64,000 bases of DNA from an uncultured Pelagibacteraceae bacterium (lineage in GTDB: Bacteria > Pseudomonadota > Alphaproteobacteria > Pelagibacterales > Pelagibacteraceae). Below, piece after piece: positions 19,282-28,568 of the stretch. A model generated the notes under the pieces. It saw nothing but the letters and a program-made list of their open reading frames with translations, was not told the origin of the DNA and did no database searches. The first letter of the stretch is position 1; every line of letters begins with the position of its first letter. A program made the position numbers and the translations under genes. Location: positions 7,053 to 71,052 of the forward strand of contig CACNXU010000001.1 in the NCBI GenBank assembly GCA_902624585.1, given 5' to 3'.

Positions 19282-20450
19282 TGAATAAAAATCTTTCGTT
19301 ACTTATTTTAAGTCAGATTTTTGCCTTTACAGCTGCTCCAGTAACAGTATTTTTAAGTGGTATAATTGGTTCAAAATTTAGTCCAATCAAATCTTTAGCA
19401 ACTCTTCCAATGGCTTTGTCAGTTGTTGGAATTGCATTGTTCGCTTTTTTTGCTGCAAAGCTAATGAGTATAATTGGACGAAAATTGGGATTTATTTATG
19501 CATCAATTGGAACATGTTTTGCATCTCTTTTAACCGCATACTCTATAATTATAGAAAGCTTTATCTTATATAATTTAGGATGCTTCTTAATTGGTGGAGG
19601 AATAGCTTTCAGTCATCAATATCGTTTTGCAGCAGTCGAGGTTGTAGATAAGGATTATGCACCAAAGGCAATTTCTATAATTTTACTAGCAGGCATAGGT
19701 TCAGCATTTATTGGTCCAAATATTGCAAACATTTCTAAAGGGTTTATTACAGATCATATGTATGCTGGTTCTTATCTTGCTCTTGCAATATTAGCGATTT
19801 CATCAACAATATTTTTATTATTTTTTCAGGAACCAGAAAAGACATCTAACAATCAATATAAAACTGGAAGAAGTTTTTTGGAACTTATTTCTCAACCAAG
19901 ATTTTTACAGGCGCTTGTAGCTTCAGCTTTTGCATATGCTGTAATGACTTTTCTAATGACAGCCACTCCTATAAGCATGCATTTGATGGAGAAAATAAGT
20001 TTGTCGAAGACTGGCTTTGTTATTCAGCTTCATATAGCAGCTATGTTTTTGCCCTCGCTAGTTACTGGAAATTTAATTAAAAGATTTGGTCATAGTAAAA
20101 TTATGTATATGGGTGTTTTGTTGTTTTTAGTCACAATTATTACCAGTTTATTTGAACAAAATTTTATTAATTATATTATTGCACTTATTTTTCTTGGGTT
20201 AGGATGGAATTTTTTATTCATTTCAGGAACAAGCTTACTTGTTTTGTGTTACAGAGAAGAAGAAAAATTTAGAGCACAAGGATATAATGACTTAATAGTT
20301 TATTCTATTCAGGCAGCAGCGAGTTTGTCCGCTGGAGTATTTCTTAGCTTAACTAGCTGGAAAATTATGAATTTAATATGTTTGATTTTTCTAATTATCA
20401 TAGCTGTTTCCACCATTAGAGCTGATCTAAAAAAAAACCCCAGTAATTAA
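19281..20450 (+). CDS. MFS transporter
   Basis: About 12 TM segments, IGRKLGF, QYRFAAVE, MFLPSLVTG, LGLGWNFLF. Confidence 0.9.
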   Translation: MNKNLSLLILSQIFAFTAAPVTVFLSGIIGSKFSPIKSLATLPMALSVVGIALFAFFAAKLMSIIGRKLGFIYASIGTCFASLLTAYSIIIESFILYNLGCFLIGGGIAFSHQYRFAAVEVVDKDYAPKAISIILLAGIGSAFIGPNIANISKGFITDHMYAGSYLALAILAISSTIFLLFFQEPEKTSNNQYKTGRSFLELISQPRFLQALVASAFAYAVMTFLMTATPISMHLMEKISLSKTGFVIQLHIAAMFLPSLVTGNLIKRFGHSKIMYMGVLLFLVTIITSLFEQNFINYIIALIFLGLGWNFLFISGTSLLVLCYREEEKFRAQGYNDLIVYSIQAAASLSAGVFLSLTSWKIMNLICLIFLIIIAVSTIRADLKKNPSN

Positions 20451-20466
20451 ATTACTGGGGTTTTTT
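20431..20466. terminator. Bidirectional intrinsic terminator between convergent genes
   Basis: AAAAAACCCCAGTAAT-taa-ATTACTGGGGTTTTTT, A-run and T-run flanks. Confidence 0.85.
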
Positions 20467-20482
20467 GAATTAAGATAAAAAA

Positions 20483-21673
20483 TTATCTTTGTTTTTTAGT
20501 CTTAAATTTTCCACCTTTGATTTCTTTCTCTAAGAAAGATCCAAAAGCTTCACCAACATCTGTAAATTCAACAGCAGTTGCGCCTTCATAATTTATTTTC
20601 TTACCTTTAGCTAATAAATCAAGACCTTTTTTAAGTTCACCTGGATATATTTTTGTACCTGGTGCATTAGCAACAGACATTACATTTGCTTGTACAGTTG
20701 CTCTGTCTGCTTTACCACCAGCTTGCATAGCTAAAGCAATTAAAGCAGCCGCGTCATATGACTCACCAGTATATGGTCCTGAAGAATCAATCCCTGCAGC
20801 TTTTGCAACTTCTGCAAATTTACCAGCGCCTTTTCCAGTTGATCCTGGAAGAGATCCAAATGATTTATTAAGATCTTTACCAAATCTATCTGTTAAAGAA
20901 TCTCCAATCATACCATCAGATAAAACGAAAGTATCAAATGATCCAGCATCTAAAGATCCTTGAATTATCATTCCACCTGCTTGATCTAAGTAACCTAAAA
21001 CAGCTAAAGCATCACCACCTGCTGCAGCAAGTGTTGCAACTTCAGCACCATAGTCGGCTTTACCCTCTTCGTGAGCTGTTACTGCCGTTACTTTAATTCC
21101 ATGAGCTTTAACAGCTGCAACATAAACATCTGCTAAACCTTTACCATAGTCATTGTTAGTATGTGTAACTGCTATAGTTTTTACTTTTCTATCCTTAGTA
21201 ATATCAGCTAAAACTTGACCACCTCTAGCATCTGATGGAGCTGTTCTAAAGAAATACCCATTATCTGCTAAAGTAGTTAATCCTGGAGAAGTAGCAGATG
21301 GTGAAATCATAACAACACCATTTGGTACTGCTGCATTCGTTGCAATTGCACCAGTTACACCAGAGCAGTCTGCTCCCATGATTGCTACCACACCACCAGC
21401 AATTAAACCTTCAGCTGCTGTTGTTGCTGCTGCAGAGTCAACACAAGTTGAGTCAGCTCTTTCAGCTTTAATATATTTTCCACCTAGTAATGAACCTGAG
21501 TCAGAAGCTTCTTTAAATGCAAGCTCTGCTGAGGCAGCCATTGCTGGAGTAAGAGACTCAATTGGACCTGTAAATCCTAAAATGATTCCCATCTTGATAC
21601 CATGTCCGTCTGCAAAAGAGTTTGTTGTAAAAGCCGAAACAAACATAAATGCAGCAATAAATAGTTTTCTCAT
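20483..21673 (-). CDS. Liv/HAAT-family ABC substrate-binding protein (likely partner of 15332-19204)
   Basis: Signal peptide, GFTGPIES, ISPSATSPGLT, FFRTAPSD, NNDYGKG, ESYDAA; SD-like AGAGGA. Confidence 0.9.
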   Translation of the reverse strand: MRKLFIAAFMFVSAFTTNSFADGHGIKMGIILGFTGPIESLTPAMAASAELAFKEASDSGSLLGGKYIKAERADSTCVDSAAATTAAEGLIAGGVVAIMGADCSGVTGAIATNAAVPNGVVMISPSATSPGLTTLADNGYFFRTAPSDARGGQVLADITKDRKVKTIAVTHTNNDYGKGLADVYVAAVKAHGIKVTAVTAHEEGKADYGAEVATLAAAGGDALAVLGYLDQAGGMIIQGSLDAGSFDTFVLSDGMIGDSLTDRFGKDLNKSFGSLPGSTGKGAGKFAEVAKAAGIDSSGPYTGESYDAAALIALAMQAGGKADRATVQANVMSVANAPGTKIYPGELKKGLDLLAKGKKINYEGATAVEFTDVGEAFGSFLEKEIKGGKFKTKKQR

Positions 21674-21777
21674 TATCTTCCTCTATTGTTAACAATTTAT
21701 AAAAACGTAATTTAAGTATGAATAAATTGAATATTCAACGACAAAATTAGCTCATTTAACTGATAATTTTGAAAATA

Positions 21778-23259
21778 TTATCTAATTGAAAAGGGGTCTA
21801 GAGAGGGTTCGTCTGAAGTATAAAACCAAGTAGTTTTTACTCTAGTATAGTCTTTAATTGAGTCGATCCCAGCTTCTTTGCCGTATCCACTATCTTTAAT
21901 ACCTCCAAAAGGTGCAGATGGAGATATAAGTCTATAAGTATTAACAAAAGTTATACCTGCTCTAATTGCTTTAGATACTCTCATCCCTCGCGATAAATTA
22001 CTTGTATAAACTCCAGAGGATAAGCCATATTGATTATCATTCATTTTTGAAATTACTTCCTCTTCTGTATCAAATTTCATGACTGATAATACAGGTCCAA
22101 ATAATTCATTTTCTGCTACAGGTAGATTGTGATTATCACATTCGATAATTGTTGGAGGAAAATAATATCCTTTATTTGAAAAAGAATGTCTTTCACCACC
22201 ACATTTAATTTTTCCACCTTGATCAATTGTATCTTTTATATTTTTTTCTATTACCTCTAATTGTTTAAAATTACTTAAAGGTCCCATCTCTGTTTCGGGA
22301 TCCATTGGTGCTCCAATTTTTATTTTTGATGCACGTTTTGAAAGTTTATCTAAAAATTCATCATAAATTCCTTTTTGTAAATACAGTCTTGAACCAGCTA
22401 TACAGCTCTGTCCGCTTGCACCAAAAATTCCAGCTGTAATCCCATTTATTGCATTTTCTTGCTCTGCATCATCAAAGACTGCTACTGGACTTTTTCCACC
22501 TAGCTCTAAGCTGACCTCTGATAAATTTTCTGCTGAGTTCCTAATTATATGTCTCGCTGTTTCAGGGCCTCCAGTAAAAGCAACTTTTTCAACCAAGTTG
22601 TGAGTAGTTAAACTTTTACCACAAGGATCTCCAAATCCTGTAATTACATTTACCACACCTTTGGGGATACCAGTTTTTTCAATTAATTTTGCAAATTCAA
22701 ACAAAACTGCTGGGGCAAGTTCTGAAGATTTAATTACAACTGTATTCCCCATAGCGAGTGCTGGTGCTACTTTAGTAGCGGTTAAAAACATTTGAGAATT
22801 CCATGGAATAATTGCTGCCACAACTCCAATAGGAATCCTGGTTGTAATTGCTTGAATGTTTGGTTTGTCTATAGGAAGAACAGTTCCCTCAACTTTATCT
22901 GCTAAACCTGCATAATAGTCGTAGTATTCTGCTATATATACTGCTTGTTTTTTTGTTTCTCTATAGAGTTTTCCTGTATCTATTGTTTCTATTTCTCCTA
23001 GCATTTCTGCATTCTCTCTTAATTGATCTCCAATAGCTCTTAAGTATTTAGCTCTTTCTCTAGGAAGTAATTTGGGCCATTCACCCTCGAATGCTTTTTG
23101 AGCAGCCTTGACTGCATTATCAACATCTTTAGCACTTGCTTCTGGAACAACTGCCCATGGCTCATTATGTTCTGGATTTAGAGTTTCAAATGTTCTTTTA
23201 CTTTCAGAGTCAACCCACTCACCATTAATAAACATTTTATATTGTTTAAGTTTACTCAT
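21778..23259 (-). CDS. Aldehyde dehydrogenase, TgnC-like
   Basis: PWNSQ, FTGGPETARHIIRNSAENL, LELGGKSP, GQSCIAGSR, ELFGPV, C-terminal DPFSIR. Confidence 0.9.
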   Translation of the reverse strand: MSKLKQYKMFINGEWVDSESKRTFETLNPEHNEPWAVVPEASAKDVDNAVKAAQKAFEGEWPKLLPRERAKYLRAIGDQLRENAEMLGEIETIDTGKLYRETKKQAVYIAEYYDYYAGLADKVEGTVLPIDKPNIQAITTRIPIGVVAAIIPWNSQMFLTATKVAPALAMGNTVVIKSSELAPAVLFEFAKLIEKTGIPKGVVNVITGFGDPCGKSLTTHNLVEKVAFTGGPETARHIIRNSAENLSEVSLELGGKSPVAVFDDAEQENAINGITAGIFGASGQSCIAGSRLYLQKGIYDEFLDKLSKRASKIKIGAPMDPETEMGPLSNFKQLEVIEKNIKDTIDQGGKIKCGGERHSFSNKGYYFPPTIIECDNHNLPVAENELFGPVLSVMKFDTEEEVISKMNDNQYGLSSGVYTSNLSRGMRVSKAIRAGITFVNTYRLISPSAPFGGIKDSGYGKEAGIDSIKDYTRVKTTWFYTSDEPSLDPFSIR

Positions 23260-24037
23260 CCGATCTAATAAAATTTTTGATCGTTAAATTTACATCATCA
23301 GCACACTCAATACCACAAAGATGTTTTCCATCTTTAATGATCTTTAATTGACTTTTAGAGATTAAAGCGTTCAATTCTTGAGACATTTTTACTGTTGAGC
23401 CAATGTCGTATTCACCTGTCATTACCAGCGTGCTAGCTTTAATTTTATTAAAATCTTCATCATTTTTATGATTAACAAATAGTTCATAAACCTTCAAAAA
23501 ATTATTCATATTATTGGCAGACAAAATTGAACTTATTTTTTCATATATTTCTGGATTATTTTCCAAATATTTATTAGTAAACCATCTTTTCAAGGCTTGT
23601 TTTGATAGTTTTAATTCTTGTTTTGCTTGTTCAAACCTTTGATTAACAATTTTTTGTTGTTCCTCAGTTCTTTTATAAATAGAGCAAAGAAGAGTTAATG
23701 TGTGTAAACGTTCATTGTGTTTGGTTGCAAAATTTCGTGCAATTAAAGAACCTATAGAGAAACCTACAAGATGGATTTTTTTAATATTAAGATGGTCCAA
23801 AAGTTCAATTAGTTGGTCAGAAAAATCTTCAAAACTGATTTCCTTTTTTTCTAATGATGATTTTCCATGACCTAAAATGTCGTAAGCAAGAGTTGAATGA
23901 TAATTAAAAAATTGAAGCTGAGGCTGCCAGATTTGATGAGTAAGACCTACACCATGAATAAACACTATTGGTACTTCTTGATCTTTTTTATTGAATAAGT
24001 AATAGGTTCCTGAGGCAGTAGTTCCTGTTATCATCAA
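23252..24037 (-). CDS. Alpha/beta hydrolase (TgnD/PcaD-like)
   Basis: FIHGVGL, YDILGHG, GFSIG nucleophile elbow, GEYD, H in DGKH. Confidence 0.85.
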   Translation of the reverse strand: MMITGTTASGTYYLFNKKDQEVPIVFIHGVGLTHQIWQPQLQFFNYHSTLAYDILGHGKSSLEKKEISFEDFSDQLIELLDHLNIKKIHLVGFSIGSLIARNFATKHNERLHTLTLLCSIYKRTEEQQKIVNQRFEQAKQELKLSKQALKRWFTNKYLENNPEIYEKISSILSANNMNNFLKVYELFVNHKNDEDFNKIKASTLVMTGEYDIGSTVKMSQELNALISKSQLKIIKDGKHLCGIECADDVNLTIKNFIRSDE

Positions 24038-24040
24038 GAA

Positions 24041-24628
24041 TTATTTTGGCTCAATGCCCATTTCTTTCATATCTTGATATCTGTCACCTGTTCTTGCATG
24101 TGCTCTACCACTTGATGCTCCACCAATTGCAATAACCACCTCATCGTCGAAGGGAGCATCATGAATAGTAAATTCATGAGTTAGGTAATATGGTCTTAAT
24201 CCAGAATCCGTTTTATGCATCATAGGAATTGCAATCTTTGATCCAGCGGGCCCTCTTGTATTTGTAAAACTTAAGTAGGAAGTTCCACCAACTGCATCTC
24301 TAAATTTATTTCCAAACCTTAAAGTATGAATAAAAGCTGAAGCATGCTCTATTTCACCGTTCAGTCCAACTACACCCGCCTTACCATATGCTAGTATTTT
24401 TTCAGGTGATCCTATTTCTTTTATTAATTCTGGAACAAGTAAATCACCTAGCTTTGGCGCAAGATCTAAAATAGTTGGTCTTAGATCTTCAACAAAACCT
24501 TGACCATGCCATGGATTTTTAAATACAGCTGCAACAGAAACCAACAAAACTGGTTCTTTCGCCTCTTTACCACCTTCAATAAAAGTTTTGTCTACAAATT
24601 TTGTAAATTTTCTTAATTCTAATTTCAT
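24041..24628 (-). CDS. DUF1185 ('amino acid synthesis') family protein
   Basis: AAVFKNPWHGQGFVEDL, YGKAGVVGLNGEIEHASAFIHTLRFGN, DAP, GRAHARTGDRYQD. Confidence 0.85.
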   Translation of the reverse strand: MKLELRKFTKFVDKTFIEGGKEAKEPVLLVSVAAVFKNPWHGQGFVEDLRPTILDLAPKLGDLLVPELIKEIGSPEKILAYGKAGVVGLNGEIEHASAFIHTLRFGNKFRDAVGGTSYLSFTNTRGPAGSKIAIPMMHKTDSGLRPYYLTHEFTIHDAPFDDEVVIAIGGASSGRAHARTGDRYQDMKEMGIEPK

Positions 24629-26328
24629 TTTTTTATTCTATGTTTGAAGCTATCTCTTCTAAAACTGTATAACGCTTTTGGATCTACATCAACATCTATC
24701 ACTGATGGCTTATTTGATTTAATGGCAGCTTGTACAGCTTCATTAATCTCAGAAATTTTTTTAACTTTAAAACCTTTTGCACCATAAAGTTCTGCAACCT
24801 TATCAAAGGATGGACTAGTAATATCTGCACCTAAATATCTCTTACCATAAAAATCTTTTTGATAAGCTTTTTCTGCTCCCCAGCTTTGATTGTTCATCAC
24901 AATAGTTGTTGTATTAATTCCATATTCAACAGCAGTACTTAATTCAGATATTGTCATTCCAAAACCTCCATCACCCATTAGACTAACAACTGTTTTTTTA
25001 GGTTTTGCTATTTTAACACCAAGACCACATGCGAAAGAAAAGCCAACAAGGCCAAAATCCAAGGGAGTAAATAACGAAGGAGGCTTGTAATATTCTAGAG
25101 CATCTGTTGCCTGTAGACATAAAGTTCCTGCATCCAAAGTAATTGCAGAATTTTTTGGAAGTACCTTTCTTAATTGCTTAAATAGTCCTTTTGGTTGAAT
25201 CGGAAAATCTGGACCTAGATTTTCTTTATTTCTATTTGATAAATATTCTTTTCTCTCTTTTAAATAAGAGTTGGTCCAGTTTTTTACATTTAATTTAATT
25301 TTTTCTTTTTTAATCTCATCGTAAATTTGTTTAGTTGCGGTTGCAGCGTCTGCGTGTATCTTTACTTTTACTGGAAAATATTTTCCGAGCATTGTTTTTT
25401 CCAGTTCAATTTGAATTATTTTTGCATCTTTATTTATATTTTCATAAGAGTAAAATGTTGAATTAAAACCTAAACGTGTTCCAATTGCCAATATAACATT
25501 TGCATTCTTAACTAATTTTGAAGCAACAGGATTTCCTCTAGGCCCCATTTGTCCTGCATTCAATTTATGACCAAATGGTATGGCGTCTCCATGACCTGCT
25601 GCTGTAACAATAGGTAGGTTACATAGCTCTGCCAGTTTTATTACCTCTTTATATTTAGAATTATACTTTATCCCTGCACCAACTATAATTACTGAACATT
25701 TTGAAGTTCCAATTAATTTTACAGCCTTTTTGATATTATCTTTATTTCCTCTCTGTTTACTCTCATTTGTGAATGATGGTTTTTCAGTATTAATATTATA
25801 AGAGTTTGACTCAGCTAATATATTTCTTGGTAAATTAACACATACTGGTCCTCTTCTATGTTTCATAGCTAAATTAAAAGCATCACTCATAATTTTTGGA
25901 ATAGTTTTTGAATTTTTTACCGTCCATGTTTTTTTTGTAATTGGTGAAAACAATGTTTGTTGATCTAAGCCTTGAAAAGCATCTTCCATTTTATCATTAG
26001 TTGAATAAGAACCTGCAATTGCAACAACTGGAGAAAAGGCTGCTTTTGCTTGAGCAACTCCTGTAACTAAATTAGTAGCACCAGGTCCATTTTGTCCTGC
26101 AATAATTACACCAGGATTATTTGATGCTCTTGCGTAACCATCAGCCATATGTGTACCAGTTCTCTCATCTCTTACACCAATAAATTTTATATTTTTTTCA
26201 TGATAAAGAGCATCAAACATTTCCATTGTTGCTGAACCAATCAGCCCAAAAACATGTTTTACTCTCTCTTTTTTTAATGATTGAACAGCGGCTTGTCCGC
26301 CGCTAATTCTTTTTCTTTTTTTTTTCAC
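24625..26328 (-). CDS. Thiamine-diphosphate-dependent enzyme, Xsc (sulfoacetaldehyde acetyltransferase)/acetolactate synthase-like
   Basis: VFGLIGSA, MADGYAR, QNGPGATN, GDGGFGM...NN ThDP motif, WGAEK; GTG start. Confidence 0.85.
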   Translation of the reverse strand: MKKKRKRISGGQAAVQSLKKERVKHVFGLIGSATMEMFDALYHEKNIKFIGVRDERTGTHMADGYARASNNPGVIIAGQNGPGATNLVTGVAQAKAAFSPVVAIAGSYSTNDKMEDAFQGLDQQTLFSPITKKTWTVKNSKTIPKIMSDAFNLAMKHRRGPVCVNLPRNILAESNSYNINTEKPSFTNESKQRGNKDNIKKAVKLIGTSKCSVIIVGAGIKYNSKYKEVIKLAELCNLPIVTAAGHGDAIPFGHKLNAGQMGPRGNPVASKLVKNANVILAIGTRLGFNSTFYSYENINKDAKIIQIELEKTMLGKYFPVKVKIHADAATATKQIYDEIKKEKIKLNVKNWTNSYLKERKEYLSNRNKENLGPDFPIQPKGLFKQLRKVLPKNSAITLDAGTLCLQATDALEYYKPPSLFTPLDFGLVGFSFACGLGVKIAKPKKTVVSLMGDGGFGMTISELSTAVEYGINTTTIVMNNQSWGAEKAYQKDFYGKRYLGADITSPSFDKVAELYGAKGFKVKKISEINEAVQAAIKSNKPSVIDVDVDPKALYSFRRDSFKHRIKK

Positions 26329-27494
26329 GAAACTTTTTTTACTTCGGTATCAAAATCATCTTGAAAGTGAGGCATAACTTTTTCTGTGAAAAGTTTTATA
26401 CTTTTCATACAATCTTTATGTTTCACACCTGGAAAATTAGACCAAACTTGCAAATTTTGTAAATTGAGTTCAGATTTTAATTCATGAATTTTATCAATCA
26501 CATATTCAGGTGTTCCAAATAACATGTTTCGTTTATGTAAAAATTCATAATTTAATAAATCTAATTTACCTTTTGTTTCAGGTAATTCTTCTCCTGGATC
26601 CATATGATTTCCTAAACCTCTCCAATGACAAACCCATCTCATATAATTAACCATATGCTCACCAGCTTTTTCTTTTGCTTCTTCCATCGTGTCAGCAACA
26701 AACATATCTCTTACAAGAGATACCCCTTCTCCAAGAGGAACATTTTTTTTTGTAACCTCTGATCTTTTATTTTTATAGGCTTCAAATCTTGCCTTTAAAG
26801 CTTTGACAGTTGGTATCCACATAATTACATTTATATTTTGTTCAGCAGCCCATTCTATTGACCTAATTCCATCTACAACTTGATGAATTGGTGGGTGAGG
26901 ATCTTGATATGGCTTAGGTAATACACTTATTTTTTTCATTGTACTATCTTCCATATTCATAAATTCTTCACTTGGCGGGCTCATATCATGTTGCCAAACA
27001 TAATTTGGCGAAGGATAAGTATAAAACTCTCCTTCATGTTTGAAGAATTTTTCTGTCCAAGATTTTTTTAAAACTTCTAATGTTTCAGCAAATAATCTAA
27101 AATTTTTTGCCTGGTCTTTTAAATCAGCCTCTTTATTTAAATTTATTGCTTCTCTTCCATATACACCTCGAGCAACGCCTACCTCAACTCTTCCTTTAGA
27201 AAGTTGATCTAAAGTAGCTATATCTTCAGCTAATCTTATTGGATTATGAAAAGTAATAACGTTTGCAGCTTGGCCTATTCTAATATTTTTTGTTCTTGCA
27301 GCTGCATCTGCACCCATCATTAATGGATTTGTACAAGACTCCATTCCCTCGTGATTGAAGTGATGTTCTGTAAACCAAATTGAATTCCATTTGTTTTGAT
27401 CACAGTATTCTGTGATTTCTTTAGTTTCATCTAACAATTGATGATAAGGTTTGTGTGTCCAGTTTGTGGTATTGCAAAAATAACCAAATTTCAT
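26325..27494 (-). CDS. Luciferase-like (LLM) flavin-dependent monooxygenase
   Basis: WFTEHHF, PIRLAEDIATLDQLSKGR, PKPYQDPHPP, FGTPEYV; ATG 27494 with strong AAAGGAGG SD. Confidence 0.9.
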   Translation of the reverse strand: MKFGYFCNTTNWTHKPYHQLLDETKEITEYCDQNKWNSIWFTEHHFNHEGMESCTNPLMMGADAAARTKNIRIGQAANVITFHNPIRLAEDIATLDQLSKGRVEVGVARGVYGREAINLNKEADLKDQAKNFRLFAETLEVLKKSWTEKFFKHEGEFYTYPSPNYVWQHDMSPPSEEFMNMEDSTMKKISVLPKPYQDPHPPIHQVVDGIRSIEWAAEQNINVIMWIPTVKALKARFEAYKNKRSEVTKKNVPLGEGVSLVRDMFVADTMEEAKEKAGEHMVNYMRWVCHWRGLGNHMDPGEELPETKGKLDLLNYEFLHKRNMLFGTPEYVIDKIHELKSELNLQNLQVWSNFPGVKHKDCMKSIKLFTEKVMPHFQDDFDTEVKKVS

Positions 27495-27517
27495 AAAGCC
27501 TCCTTTAAAAGTTAATT

Positions 27518-27580
27518 TAAAGACGACCGATCCCACTTTCGTAAATCTTTGATTTTAACGACGAGTTATGTATCGCTTTA
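27518..27580 (-). promoter_or_regulatory. Candidate structured 5' leader of the LLM operon
   Basis: Locally GC-richer stretch with nested pairings UAAAG-CGAU/GUCG-U-CUUUA and UCGU..AAAUC/GAUUU-ACGA. Confidence 0.35.
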
Positions 27581-27599
27581 TATCTAAACTTTATTATTA

Positions 27600-28568
27600 C
27601 TAACGCTGATATTCAATGAATTTCTTTAGAGATTTGTTGAGAAATTTCTCATATATTTCACCATTATTTTTGTATTTATCTTTATTTAAAAAAGATTGAT
27701 TCATTTTAAAATCATAAGAAGGCTCAAAGAAGAAAGGAACAGAAAGTCTCTTACTTTTATTCCATAAAACCCTGTGATTAGTTGCTTTAAATTTACCTCT
27801 GCTCAGAAATTCTAGCGCTCTCCCAGTATTTACAACTAAAGCATTTTTGTTAAATGGAACTGCATACCATTTTTTATTTTTCCTATTTTGCACCTGCAAT
27901 CCACCTTTTCTATCTTGATAAAGTACTGTAAATATTCCACTATCAACATGGGTTTCACATCCAAGAGGAACTCCATCCTCTTCAGATATTTCCACAGGGT
28001 TAGTTTGATTAGGATAGTAATTAAATCTCAAAGTGCTTAATGTTTTCAATCTAGAAAAAACTTTTGAGGAAATATTTGGATTTTTTTTGTTTATTTTGAT
28101 TATACTTTTAAACAAAGTTTCGCTTAAATTATAAATATTATCAAAATATTTATTTAGAATAATTATTGAATTTTTATTAAAACATTTCTTTAATTCTATA
28201 TATTCAATATATTGATTTTTTAATTTTGAGGAATATTTCTTAGTTATTTTTAAATCACCTATATCTAAACCCTCTTTCCCATTAACATCACTCGGAAAAT
28301 ATCCTCTGTAAATATTTTTATTTTTTTTGTTCCACTTTTTGGGAGATAATTTTTTCTTCTCATTTTCTGATAAATTAAAGAATTTATTTCCAACTTTGCA
28401 TGTATCTTGAACATGTTTTAAATTAAGTCCATGACCTACAACTTGAAAAAAACCTATATTGATACAAGCACTTTCGATTTTTTTAATTGTTTTAATAGCA
28501 TTTTTAGTTTCAAAGTTATTTTTAATTAATGAAGATATATTAATTGTGGGTATGTAACTTTTGATCAT
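27600..28568 (-). CDS. Isopenicillin-N-synthase-family Fe(II)/2OG oxygenase
   Basis: GFFQVVGHG, LRFNYYP, HVD, GGLQV, HRV, RLSVPFF. Confidence 0.88.
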   Translation of the reverse strand: MIKSYIPTINISSLIKNNFETKNAIKTIKKIESACINIGFFQVVGHGLNLKHVQDTCKVGNKFFNLSENEKKKLSPKKWNKKNKNIYRGYFPSDVNGKEGLDIGDLKITKKYSSKLKNQYIEYIELKKCFNKNSIIILNKYFDNIYNLSETLFKSIIKINKKNPNISSKVFSRLKTLSTLRFNYYPNQTNPVEISEEDGVPLGCETHVDSGIFTVLYQDRKGGLQVQNRKNKKWYAVPFNKNALVVNTGRALEFLSRGKFKATNHRVLWNKSKRLSVPFFFEPSYDFKMNQSFLNKDKYKNNGEIYEKFLNKSLKKFIEYQR

